A DNA stretch of 64,000 nucleotides from Guillardia theta CCMP2712 (Eukaryota > Protista > Cryptophyta): assembly GCF_000315625.1 (NCBI RefSeq), contig NW_005434592.1, positions 177,225 to 241,224 of the forward strand, written 5' to 3'. Under the pieces are notes generated by a model, which saw only the letters and a program-made list of their open reading frames with translations, made no database searches and was not told the DNA's origin. Of this stretch, positions 31,320-40,799 are shown piece after piece. How positions within the stretch are numbered: position 1 is the first letter of the stretch; each line of letters starts with the position of its first letter. Position numbers and translations under genes: made by a program.

Positions 31320-32358
31320 ATCTCGCTCGTCTTCCCTTGCTTAGTGGAGCGACTGGCACTCAGGCCCTCATGCTACCTCGCCCTGAGACTGAATAAGGAG
31401 GAGAACGGAGATCAGACTGAGATCACTTTTCTTACCATCCTAACATGCCTCGGATGTGATGCCCATGAACAAGAGATAGAAGGGTGACCACTCATATGGC
31501 AAGATTCTTCTCTTACAGAAAATGCATTAGCTCCTCCTGCAACATGTTCACAGACAAGTTACTCATCCATGCTCTCGAAAGGATCTCGCTGTGTGAACAA
31601 TGCCTCTCAATCTTGAAGTTGCTCTGATTGATAAATCACTTGACTACCTCCTCTTTCTTTTTGCCTGAGTAAGAAGCGCGGCAAGCAATTTGACATAATC
31701 CTAACTTCTTCCTCATCTACGAACAACTTCCACCGTGCCATTTCATCCCTATGTCTAATTGAGGCTGTTCCATTCTGTCACTTACTGCTTACTCGATTCG
31801 TCGGATCCGAACATCTAATACCACTGAGTTTTCTTCTTCAGATCATGTCAATGCTCGCATCTATGTGCCATGCCACGGCAGCGGCGATTTGCAATCCTGC
31901 CCTACGGTGCCATACGGTGCACCCGCGGCTACTACTATCACTAACTGATGGCTCGGATAATCAATGATGATCATAGGAGACTCGTGCTGCACTGCAGCAT
32001 GATCACCACAGGATCATCATGAGCGCGTCAATGCGCGCATGGCGCTCCTAGCGCCGGGTCGCCGGCATGGCCGACATTCGTTACATCGGATGCCCTTCGC
32101 ACTATTGTCCTGCGAGTCCTGCTGGCCTTGCGGCCCTACAGTCACACGGAAACAACATAGTCACAGACAACAGCTGCCCCCACTTTTTCTAATTAATATG
32201 CTGAGGCGAGTCCGACTCACTACCACCCTTCTGAAGACCCGGGTCCTTGTGCGGAAATTTTCCCATAAAGGATGGTGGGTGTGTCGGGTAGGGTACGTTA
32301 ATAGGAAATTGGAGGGGTACTACAGGATGGTGTGGCGAAGGGCGAGCGGGAGCTAGGA

Positions 32359-33362
32359 ATGGAGCGGGGTTATGGGAATGTGCAGCGGGCGCTGCTGCAG
32401 CAGATGATGGTGAAGAGGTTCGTGGAAGAGCATGATCTCATCGACTCTATTAGAAGTCTCATCAACAAGTTCCCCTCCGAGCATGTTGAGCCGCCAAACG
32501 ACGGGATGAATCTTATGTAAGTTTCAAAGACTGCACCTACACCTCCTAATCGCAATCGAGATGCTTCTGCCTATGGCACTTTGTTGAACTGAACTATGAA
32601 TATACAAGACGTTGCTGTCTGAATGATTGCTGTAGGGAATTCTTCAATGACATGAACAAGGAGATTGGTCCGGATGGTATTAATTTCGCTGAAATCGTGA
32701 GAATCAAGTCTGAGAACAACCCCAGCGTCTTCTGGTGCAAACATGCGCTGAGATCTCTCATGGTTTGATGTGTGTCTTGTGTCTAGGGGGCTAAGGAGCG
32801 TCAAGAGTGTGATCGAGGATGAGCCAAAGGAGAACGAAAACCTTGATGAGAGCCTGTACACTGAAGCCGAACTTGCACTCTTCAAGTTAATCATAGAAGA
32901 ACTGGTCGAACTTCTTCTTGTTTGGTTTATGCTTTTTTCTTGACATTGCTCTGTCATCAGGTAACAAACCCTATGGATAAAGGGTGCATTGATCATAATA
33001 AGGCGATAAATCTGGGGCTCAAGATCAAACCCAAGAAGATAGATGCCAAAGAGTCAACAGAGTTGATAGATCGCCTTGTGCAGGAGCATTGGCTGTCTAG
33101 ATTCCAAGACGAAGATGGGAGAGGAGGAAGACATACTGCGACAAGGATCACGTTCGGCATCAGATCGTTGCTGGATCTGAAGAACTATGTCACCGCCACT
33201 TGGCCCGAGGAGGATTCCAGGTGTTGCACGTGGGAAAACGATTGGTAACGTGCGCGCGCTGGTGTCGAGGTGTCTTACCTGGTCCTCAGGCTGTTCCGAT
33301 GGACGGTGGAAAATCGGAATGCACGGCAGTCCGCGGAGGGCGAGGAACAAATGGAGGAGTGA
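32359..33362 (+). CDS. Nse1-like (SMC5/6 subunit) winged-helix protein, RING not seen
   Basis: YGNVQRALLQQMM, YTEAELALFKLIIEEL, ESTELIDRLVQEHWL and ITFGIRSLLDLKNYV resemble conserved Nse1 WH-A/WH-B blocks. Confidence 0.62.
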
Positions 33363-33447
33363 GACGTATGGTAAGAAGGGGAGAGGCAAGGTTCGAGCAT
33401 GTTTGTTTCTGCAGTTTTGAGATGGTACAATACAACATCTGGTGGTG

Positions 33448-33488
33448 AGCTCAGCTCAGCTCAGCTCAGATCAGATCAGATCAGATCA
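33448..33488. repeat. (AGCTC)n-(AGATC)n pentamer array between convergent genes
   Basis: Direct read. Confidence 0.85.
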
Positions 33489-34658
33489 GTTCGTCGTCGC
33501 TTCTTCCGACTTTCTGCCTAGCTGCTGCTGAGACTCGATTGCTAGAATACATTGTGATATTGAGGACTTGCGGGACATGGCCTCGATCAGTGCCTTGAGC
33601 GACTCCTCCCTGTTCTTCAAGATGGTGAAAGCTGCTACACACCCCCACCGTACTCTTTCCTGCTGCTCCCTGTCATTCAGCCTTGGGCGCGATCTGTAGA
33701 GGAAAGATTGGAGCTGCGAAAAATCAGCGTATCCCCCTATCGCATCGCCGAATCGAATGGCTTCTGCGACAACCCCAGCAGTCGACACCGCGCACAGGAC
33801 GTCAAGAAACTCGTGCGAGATGCTGTCCTCCTCTGAATCGAAGAACTGCACAGCATTCAGGATCGGGTCATCGGCTGAGTACGCTGCTATCGGGAGCCCA
33901 AGGCAATACCCGACCAGGAAGTGTCCGGCTTCATGCCACAGCAGCCTCTCCCTGTACTCTTGGCTGGCCGCCCTCCTGATCTGGATAAGAACGAGCTGCA
34001 GCAGCCCGGGAACAGACAGTCCCATCCCAAGGAACGCAAAAGGCAGCGATCCCAGCCCAAAGGTGACGACGTAGCGAAGGAGGTCTCCTTGAAGGAACGG
34101 GAGGTTGGGATACTCGGGTATGAAGCATGCGGCCAATGTTGACAGCAGCATGCTGGACAGCAGCGTTGCGTAGAAGGACACGTTGAGAACTTCCATGTCG
34201 TTGTTCCCACTCAGGTCGAATGTATCCTCCTTGACCAGACCTCTCGTGAGCAGTCTCACCTCACCCACCGACACTCTTCTGTACAAGGAGGGCACGCTGT
34301 CCCACATTGACAGCTGCGAGCGCTCTTTGAGGGAGTTCAAGGCATCCACTACATCGTCTTTGCTCCAGCCCTCGCTGTTTTCGAGCTTCTCCAACCGCGA
34401 TATCACATCTCGTATCTCTCGAGCCCCCTCGTTCTTCGTGCTACTCACTGCCTTCATCGTTATGCTCGTTGCGAATCCCCCTGGCGTGAATCTTGTGGCA
34501 GACAGGCAGCGGGCACCAGGAGCGGTCGTCCCGAGCTTGATAGCATGGAACGTGAAGCCAAGAGAGAGGTCAACGAGCAGCAAGAGGAGGCAGCACTGGG
34601 AGAGACACCTGCATCTGGTGGTCATCCCTCCCTCCCATCCCAAGTCAGCAGCGAGCAT
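33486..34658 (-). CDS. Plastid-targeted FtsH/M41 peptidase-domain-only membrane protein (VIR3-like)
   Basis: Intronless 390-aa ORF; signal peptide then GF; two TM segments; RERLLWHEAGHFLVGYCLGLPI zinc motif; AGVVAEAIRFGDAIGGYADF; no AAA domain. Confidence 0.85.
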   Translation of the reverse strand: MLAADLGWEGGMTTRCRCLSQCCLLLLLVDLSLGFTFHAIKLGTTAPGARCLSATRFTPGGFATSITMKAVSSTKNEGAREIRDVISRLEKLENSEGWSKDDVVDALNSLKERSQLSMWDSVPSLYRRVSVGEVRLLTRGLVKEDTFDLSGNNDMEVLNVSFYATLLSSMLLSTLAACFIPEYPNLPFLQGDLLRYVVTFGLGSLPFAFLGMGLSVPGLLQLVLIQIRRAASQEYRERLLWHEAGHFLVGYCLGLPIAAYSADDPILNAVQFFDSEEDSISHEFLDVLCAVSTAGVVAEAIRFGDAIGGYADFSQLQSFLYRSRPRLNDREQQERVRWGCVAAFTILKNREESLKALIEAMSRKSSISQCILAIESQQQLGRKSEEATTN

Positions 34659-34749
34659 GGCTTTGTGTGTACAAGAGGCTTGCGCGCTGACCGAGATCCG
34701 GACAAAAACGACTAGTATTCATCATCTGCCGCAAACTATACATTAATAT

Positions 34750-35290
34750 TCATCCTGAGGCGAGTCCTCCGGGAAAGTTCAACCGTGTGACCCGCCGGGC
34801 ACGCGGCGCACCGTACGGTGGCGCGATTCGGGCTCCGGTTAGGCCGCAGTAGCCTACTGCGGCGGCGGCGGGGGCCGGGCCGGGCCTGGGCCGCCGGGCG
34901 TGCCACGCCGCCGCCGCGGGACCGTACGGTACGGGAGTCCCGGATCGGACGGAGGCTCGAGTCCGATCCCAGCCCGAGTCCGGGGGCCCGACCCGGATCC
35001 GGGACCGGGTCCGAGTCGGCGACCGCCGCGGGCGGCGTACGCCGTGACTCGGCGAAGTCACTGTGGAGTCCGGGCCCTAGGCCGCGTAGGCTGCGCAGCC
35101 GCCCCGCGGCACCCTGACTCGGGCGAACCGTTGAACAGCGGCACTGGCAGGCCGCCACTGCCGATTCAGCACCGTGCAAAGAGCAAAGACAGTCGGAGAA
35201 CCAGCCATCACCCTGCCGATTGCTGTCCCCCAACTTGAAACCCAGCCTCCGAGGCTCGGTTTTCGGCCTCCGCATGACTCAGTAATGGGT
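34750..35290. repeat. GC-rich micro-palindrome island upstream of the VIR3-like gene
   Basis: CCGTACGG twice, GGATCC, GGGCCC, iterated GAGTCCG; AGTAGCCT at 34848. Confidence 0.65.
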
Positions 35291-35416
35291 CTTTACTACT
35301 AGTAAGCTACTTCACAATGCCATGTACAACAAACTTGCAAAAATAATCAACATCACAACGGAAAAATCGCCCACCAGGTTCACAACTTGGAAAAGCAAAC
35401 CTGCATCGAGTCACAC

Positions 35417-36352
35417 TCACAAGCACGCCCGTAGATAGCCCTCCCCTTGCAGCCGCTTCAGGCTCCTCCCCAGACCCTCGTCCGTCATGATCGCCCTCAC
35501 CGTCCCCCTCATCGACACCTCATACAGCGCTATCCCCCGCCCCCCGCCCTGCCCTCGCTCGTACCCTCCCTCCCCGCAGTGATCCCCCAGCATCTTGGTC
35601 AGCGTCTCCAGGCCGTGCGGGGGGGTTCCTTTCTTGTCCACGTACAGCGGCAGCTCTACCTTCTTCTCCCCCACCATCCGCCCTGCCTGCCAGTACTCCA
35701 CCTGCAGCTCGAAGAACCGCATGCTCACGCTCTCGAACTCCCCCGCCCCCACAGGACTGTGCCTCCCTGTGTCCACCTCCCCTTGCTCCCCCTGCTCCGC
35801 CTCCGTCCATCCCCCCGCCTCTGCCCCGTGCCTCTCAGACCCGACCGCCGGCGACCAGTCCCCGCCGTCTCCCTCTGTGGCCTTGCAAGGCTCGGCTCTC
35901 GGGGATGCTGCGTGCTTGCGATCCTCCCTGTCTGCCAGACCGTGTCGCTCCATGAAGTGCTGGTACCAGCTCATGCATGCCCGGAAGCCCTTCACCTGCA
36001 GCTGCCTCGCTGCCTCCTCGGCGAAGCCGCACACCTCAGCTCGCCCACGCACCCTTCCCTCACCAGACAAGGCATAGTTGTGCACAAGCCGCTCTAGCTC
36101 CGGGTTGTGCTTGACGGAGCATCGCTTGCGCTTGGTGTCCATGCCCGCGCTCGCAAGCCCCTTGAGCCGGGCGACGTTGTCAGGGCGGAGGATCTTGTCG
36201 ATGGCGGTGCGGCTTTTTCCGTAGATGACGGAGAGCTGCTTGGGGGTGCGATGGAGGGAGGGGTCAGTGGCCTCGTAGGAGTGGATGATGTCGAGCTTCT
36301 GAGCGAGGGTGAGCCGCTCGTTGGTCTCTGACTGGTCGACAGGAAAGTGCAT
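35417..36352 (-). CDS. CENP-B/pogo-type bipartite HTH DNA-binding protein, copy 1 (no DDE domain)
   Basis: LTLAQKLDII..LSVIYGKSRTAIDKIL (psq-type HTH); PELERLV..AEEAARQL..FRACMSWYQHFMERHGL (Tc5/CENP-B HTH); intronless, 311 aa. Confidence 0.82.
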   Translation of the reverse strand: MHFPVDQSETNERLTLAQKLDIIHSYEATDPSLHRTPKQLSVIYGKSRTAIDKILRPDNVARLKGLASAGMDTKRKRCSVKHNPELERLVHNYALSGEGRVRGRAEVCGFAEEAARQLQVKGFRACMSWYQHFMERHGLADREDRKHAASPRAEPCKATEGDGGDWSPAVGSERHGAEAGGWTEAEQGEQGEVDTGRHSPVGAGEFESVSMRFFELQVEYWQAGRMVGEKKVELPLYVDKKGTPPHGLETLTKMLGDHCGEGGYERGQGGGRGIALYEVSMRGTVRAIMTDEGLGRSLKRLQGEGYLRACL

Positions 36353-36652
36353 TGTTGTCTTAGAGACCAGGAAGTTTTGTGCTAACGAAGCACAGAACAG
36401 TACCTTCTTGCAAGATTGAAGGGAGATGGTTGGCTAGGACACTGAGAAAGGATGATTGTTGTTCGGGTAGGAAACGGAAGTGCAAGAATGGCGTTGGGTT
36501 GCGAGGGGTGGGAGGGCGATAGTTGGGGGATTGCACAGGAAGGGCCTTCGTGGCTATTGATAAAGTGGGACACGTTGGGCTGTTATATCTCCCCCGTCAC
36601 GGGGCACATTAACAGAACGATGTGAAAACACATTGTTACAGAGAAACAAAGG

Positions 36653-36674
36653 TGACCTCTCGTCCCAGAGGTCA
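36653..36674. promoter_or_regulatory. 22-bp palindrome TGACCTCT-CGTCCC-AGAGGTCA upstream of HTH copy 1
   Basis: Perfect 8-bp arms; its reverse complement is identical to 38699-38720. The regulatory role is inferred. Confidence 0.6.
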
Positions 36675-37025
36675 TACACAGACTACGTATTTCGACCTCT
36701 GGGGGTCAAAGATCGTCAAAAATAATTTTTGAAACAATATGTTACAATGAAGCAGTGTGATTTTGATTCGTACTTGACCTTGAGATTATCAGGCACTTGA
36801 ATCATTGACATATTCAACTCTCCAACTTAGCGCGTGGACGCATGACGACCTCTCGTTTCTAAACGACATCAGCAAGAAACCCGAAATAGCCAATTGAACC
36901 ATTACTACATGTAATGACTGCACAATCATGTCACTTGTCACGGTGCTGGCCTCGAAGAGAACGAAGAGAGACCACAACGCTCTGATCATTTTACTGAGTA
37001 GTAAATACTTTTACAGGGCAACTGC

Positions 37026-37047
37026 TGACCTCTCGCACCAGAGGTCA
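37026..37047. promoter_or_regulatory. 22-bp palindrome TGACCTCT-CGCACC-AGAGGTCA upstream of HTH copy 2
   Basis: Same arms and 6-bp spacer; TATAAAA follows at ~37156. Confidence 0.6.
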
Positions 37048-37196
37048 GAATTGGCTACGAAATCAGCCAAAACCACAGCGTTTCAAAACGAACAACCGTG
37101 ACAAATCCCCAGCTCTGTATCTCAAGACTGCGACGCCCATACAGCGACAACCCCCTATAAAAGCGGCCGGGCGTGAAACCTGAACACGAGGGCGGA

Positions 37197-38145
37197 ATGC
37201 TTACGTCGTGTGGGCATCAACCCATCCTCTCAGAGACCAACGAACGGCTCACCCTCGCTCAGAAGCTCGACATCATCCACTCCTACGAGGCCACTGACCC
37301 CTCCCTCCATCGCACCCCCAAGCAGCTCTCCGTCATCTACGGAAAAAGCCGCACCGCCATCGACAAGATCCTCCGCCCTGACAACGTCGCCCGGCTCAAG
37401 GGGCTTGCGAGCGCGGGCATGGACACCAAGCGCAAGCGATGCTCCGTCAAGCACAACCCGGAGCTAGAGCGGCTTGTGCACAACTATGCCTTGTCTGGTG
37501 AGGGAAGGGTGCGTGGGCGAGCTGAGGTGTGCGGCTTCGCCGAGGAGGCAGCGAGGCAGCTGCAGGTGAAGGGCTTCCGGGCATGCATGAGCTGGTACCA
37601 GCACTTCATGGAGCGACACGGCCTGGCAGACAGGGAGGATCGCAAGCACGCAGCGTCCCCGAGAGCCGAGCCTTGCAAGGCCACAGAGGGAGACGGCGGG
37701 GACTGGTCGCCGGCGGTCGGGTCTGAGAGGCACGGGGCAGAGGCGGGGGGATGGACGGAGGCGGAGCAGGGGGAGCAAAGGGGAGGTGGACACAGGGAGG
37801 CACAGTCCTGTGGGGGCGGGGGAGTTCGAGAGCGTGAGCATGCGGTTCTTCGAGCTGCAGGTGGAGTACTGGCAGGCAGGGCGGATGGTGGGGGAGAAGA
37901 AGGTAGAGCTGCCGCTGTACGTGGACAAGAAAGGAACCCCCCCGCACGGCCTGGAGACGCTGACCAAGATGCTGGGGGATCACTGCGGGGAGGGAGGGTA
38001 CGAGCGAGGGCAGGGCGGGGGGCGGGGGATAGCGCTGTATGAGGTGTCGATGAGGGGGACGGTGAGGGCGATCATGACGGACGAGGGTCTGGGGAGGAGC
38101 CTGAAGCGGCTGCAAGGGGAGGGCTATCTACGGGCGTGCTTGTGA
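37197..38145 (+). pseudogene. CENP-B-like HTH gene copy 2, frameshifted
   Basis: Nearly identical to copies 1 and 3. An extra A at 37777-37779 (gagcaaagggg vs gagcaagggg) splits it into ORFs 37173-38042 and 37786-38145; this could be a sequencing error. Confidence 0.7.
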
Positions 38146-38698
38146 GTGTGACTCGATGCAGGTTTGCTTTTGATCTTATTGGTTTTATACATTTTTCATG
38201 CTAAATTTAAAAGGAAATGCAATATCTGTTTTTCTATTCTGAGGTGCTTCGAAGCCAATCAGATGTATCGATTTTTACTGTTAGCCAATGAAGATGGCCT
38301 GCTCATATTACCTCGCTCAATGAAAGAACTACAAGGCCAGTGAATCTTTGCACTGCCAGCACGACAAACTCAGCATTGAAGCGGGAAGCATTCCCATCCG
38401 AGTCAGGTTGCTGATACTGGAAATGAAGCTGATACGTTGCTGATAGCGAATGGTGATACCTGATTGCCTCTCAATCCGGCGAATCTTAATTAATGAAATA
38501 CTCGCCCCGTGACTAGTGTTGGGCCATGACTGTAGTTTACCACTGTGCTCTTGTGGTCATCGTTCCATTCGGAGCTGCCAGAGAAAGACAACCTTTCATA
38601 CTTGTCCTTCGTGTCTATTATAATAATGCAATGTTTCGTCAATTTTACCTCCATTAAAAACTATTTACACGGTCCTTGAGATTCAAAGGTCGAATTCA

Positions 38699-38720
38699 TG
38701 ACCTCTGGGACGAGAGGTCA
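38699..38720. promoter_or_regulatory. 22-bp palindrome TGACCTCT-GGGACG-AGAGGTCA upstream of HTH copy 3
   Basis: Identical 22-mer, in the same orientation relative to its gene as for copy 1. Confidence 0.6.
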
Positions 38721-39085
38721 TCTTTTTGTTGCGTTTTCTCAACGCATCGCAATATTCCACGAGCTCAAAACCTCAGATACTTCGAAAGGTACTTCACATT
38801 GGGGGTAGGGTGTCACGGAAGGGGCCCAACGGAGCAAGGTAGAAAGATGCTCATAAAATATTAGATACTCACATATACATTCACCCTACTGTACAGCATC
38901 TATATATGGTAAGTGTACCTCATAGATCAACACAGTGGGTGGGGGTACTCCAAGATAGGCACACATCTCCAATTTCTTCCTCTCCCCTCCTTCCTCCTGC
39001 TTCGCGTTCACATACACGTCAGACCACCAGCTCCAACGCCAAGACGACAGTTGAGCAGGAGATAGAATCCTGTTCCCGTGCTGAC

Positions 39086-40021
39086 ATGCACATTCCTGTC
39101 GACCAGTCAGAGACCAACGAACGGCTCACCCTCGCTCAGAAGCTCGACATCATCCACTCCTACGAGGCCACTGACCCCTCCCTCCATCGCACCCCCAAGC
39201 AGCTCTCCGTCATCTACGGAAAAAGCCGCACCGCCATCGACAAGATCCTCCGCCCTGACAACGTCGCCCGGCTCAAGGGGCTTGCGAGCGCGGGCATGGA
39301 CACCAAGCGCAAGCGATGCTCCGTCAAAAATCACCAAGAACTAGAGCGGCTTGTGCACAACTATGCCTTGTCTGGTGAGGGAATGGTGCGTGGGCGAGCT
39401 GAGGTGTGCGGCTTCGCCGAGGAGGCAGCGAGGCAGCTGCAGGTGAAGGGCTTCCGGGCATGCATGAGCTGGTACCAGCACTTCATGGAGCGACACGGCC
39501 TGGCAGACAGGGAGGATCGCAAGCACGCAGCATCCCCGAGAGCCGAGCCTTGCAAGGCCACAGAGGGAGACGGCGGGGACTGGTCGCCGGCGGTCGGGTC
39601 TGAGAGGCACGGGGCAGAGGCGGGGGGATGGACGGAGGCGGAGCAGGGGGAGCAAGGGGAGGTGGACACAGGGAGGCACAGTCCTGTGGGGGCGGGGGAG
39701 TTCGAGAGCGTGAGCATGCGGTTCTTCGAGCTGCAGGTGGAGTACTGGCAGGCAGGGCGGATGGTGGGGGAGAAGAAGGTAGAGCTGCCGCTGTACGTGG
39801 ACAAGAAAGGAACCCCCCCGCACGGTCTGGAGACGCTGACCAAGATGCTGGGGGATCACTGCGGGGAGGGAGGGTACGAGCGAGGGCAGGGCGGGGGGCG
39901 GGGGATAGCGCTGTATGAGGTGTCGATGAGGGGGACGGTGAGGGCGATCATGACGGACGAGGGTCTGGGGAGGAGCCTGAAGCGGCTGCAAGGGGAGGGC
40001 TATCTACGGGCGTGCTTGTGA
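39086..40021 (+). CDS. CENP-B/pogo-type HTH DNA-binding protein, copy 3
   Basis: 311 aa; differs from copy 1 at a few residues (MHIP/MHFP, KNHQEL/KHNPEL, GMV/GRV). Confidence 0.82.
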   Translation: MHIPVDQSETNERLTLAQKLDIIHSYEATDPSLHRTPKQLSVIYGKSRTAIDKILRPDNVARLKGLASAGMDTKRKRCSVKNHQELERLVHNYALSGEGMVRGRAEVCGFAEEAARQLQVKGFRACMSWYQHFMERHGLADREDRKHAASPRAEPCKATEGDGGDWSPAVGSERHGAEAGGWTEAEQGEQGEVDTGRHSPVGAGEFESVSMRFFELQVEYWQAGRMVGEKKVELPLYVDKKGTPPHGLETLTKMLGDHCGEGGYERGQGGGRGIALYEVSMRGTVRAIMTDEGLGRSLKRLQGEGYLRACL

Positions 40022-40471
40022 AGGGTGCGAACCTAAGGACGCAACGGAGTGGAAGGATGTAGATTAGAAACGTGGGTGAAGATAAATGCGATGATTGAAT
40101 AAATTGATGAATTAAGATGACTACACTTATTGCATTGAAAACATGAAGAGCAGCAGGATGTTGTTTCTTGTCTCGTCCGCTTGCTGCTTCTTGTTCGTTC
40201 ACTTGTGTGCTTCTCGTTCTATACAACAAGCAACGATGGTACAGTACCCCTACCCCCTCAGCTACCCTTTAATTATCTGGGAATGTAACCGGTGCGGTAT
40301 CACCCCTACCCCAGTGGCTCTCGTGTTGGACAGCATGAACAAAGCCGAGGAGAGGATGATGAGGGTGTAGGGGAGGGAGGGGAAGAGAGGCTGAAGGAGG
40401 GAAAGCTGAACAAGTTGAATAGAAGATGGAAGAGAGCGTGGAGGGGCCGGAAGGGGGGGGGGGGGGGGGGG

Positions 40472-40571
40472 NNNNNNNNNNNNNNNNNNNNNNNNNNNNN
40501 NNNNNNNNNNNNNNNNNNNNNNNNNNNNNNNNNNNNNNNNNNNNNNNNNNNNNNNNNNNNNNNNNNNNNNN
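40472..40571. other. Assembly gap (100 N) after a poly-G run
   Basis: Direct read. Confidence 0.99.
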
Positions 40572-40799
40572 TAAAGGAGTCTGTTCGTCCCCCCAGGAAA
40601 TATTAAAAATGGGGGTCAGGTTTCCAGGGGTTCCCCTCTTCCTTTTCCACTGAAATATTTGTTAGGTTCCGGGCTCTCTTTTTTGGGGGTAAACCCCCCC
40701 CAACAAAGACCCACCATAAGCATAATCACCTCTATTCCCCCCCCCCCCCCCCCCACTCCCTCTTCTTACTCCTCTCATTGCACACCCCTCCCACTCTGT

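Noticed and set aside
35391-38171. Inverted arms as the TIRs of an autonomous transposon
   Set aside because: The arms are the gene copies themselves; no DDE domain or target-site duplication was seen.
40440-40760. Poly-G/poly-C tracts around the gap (likewise 58400-58760)
   Set aside because: Likely low-quality read ends flanking scaffold gaps.
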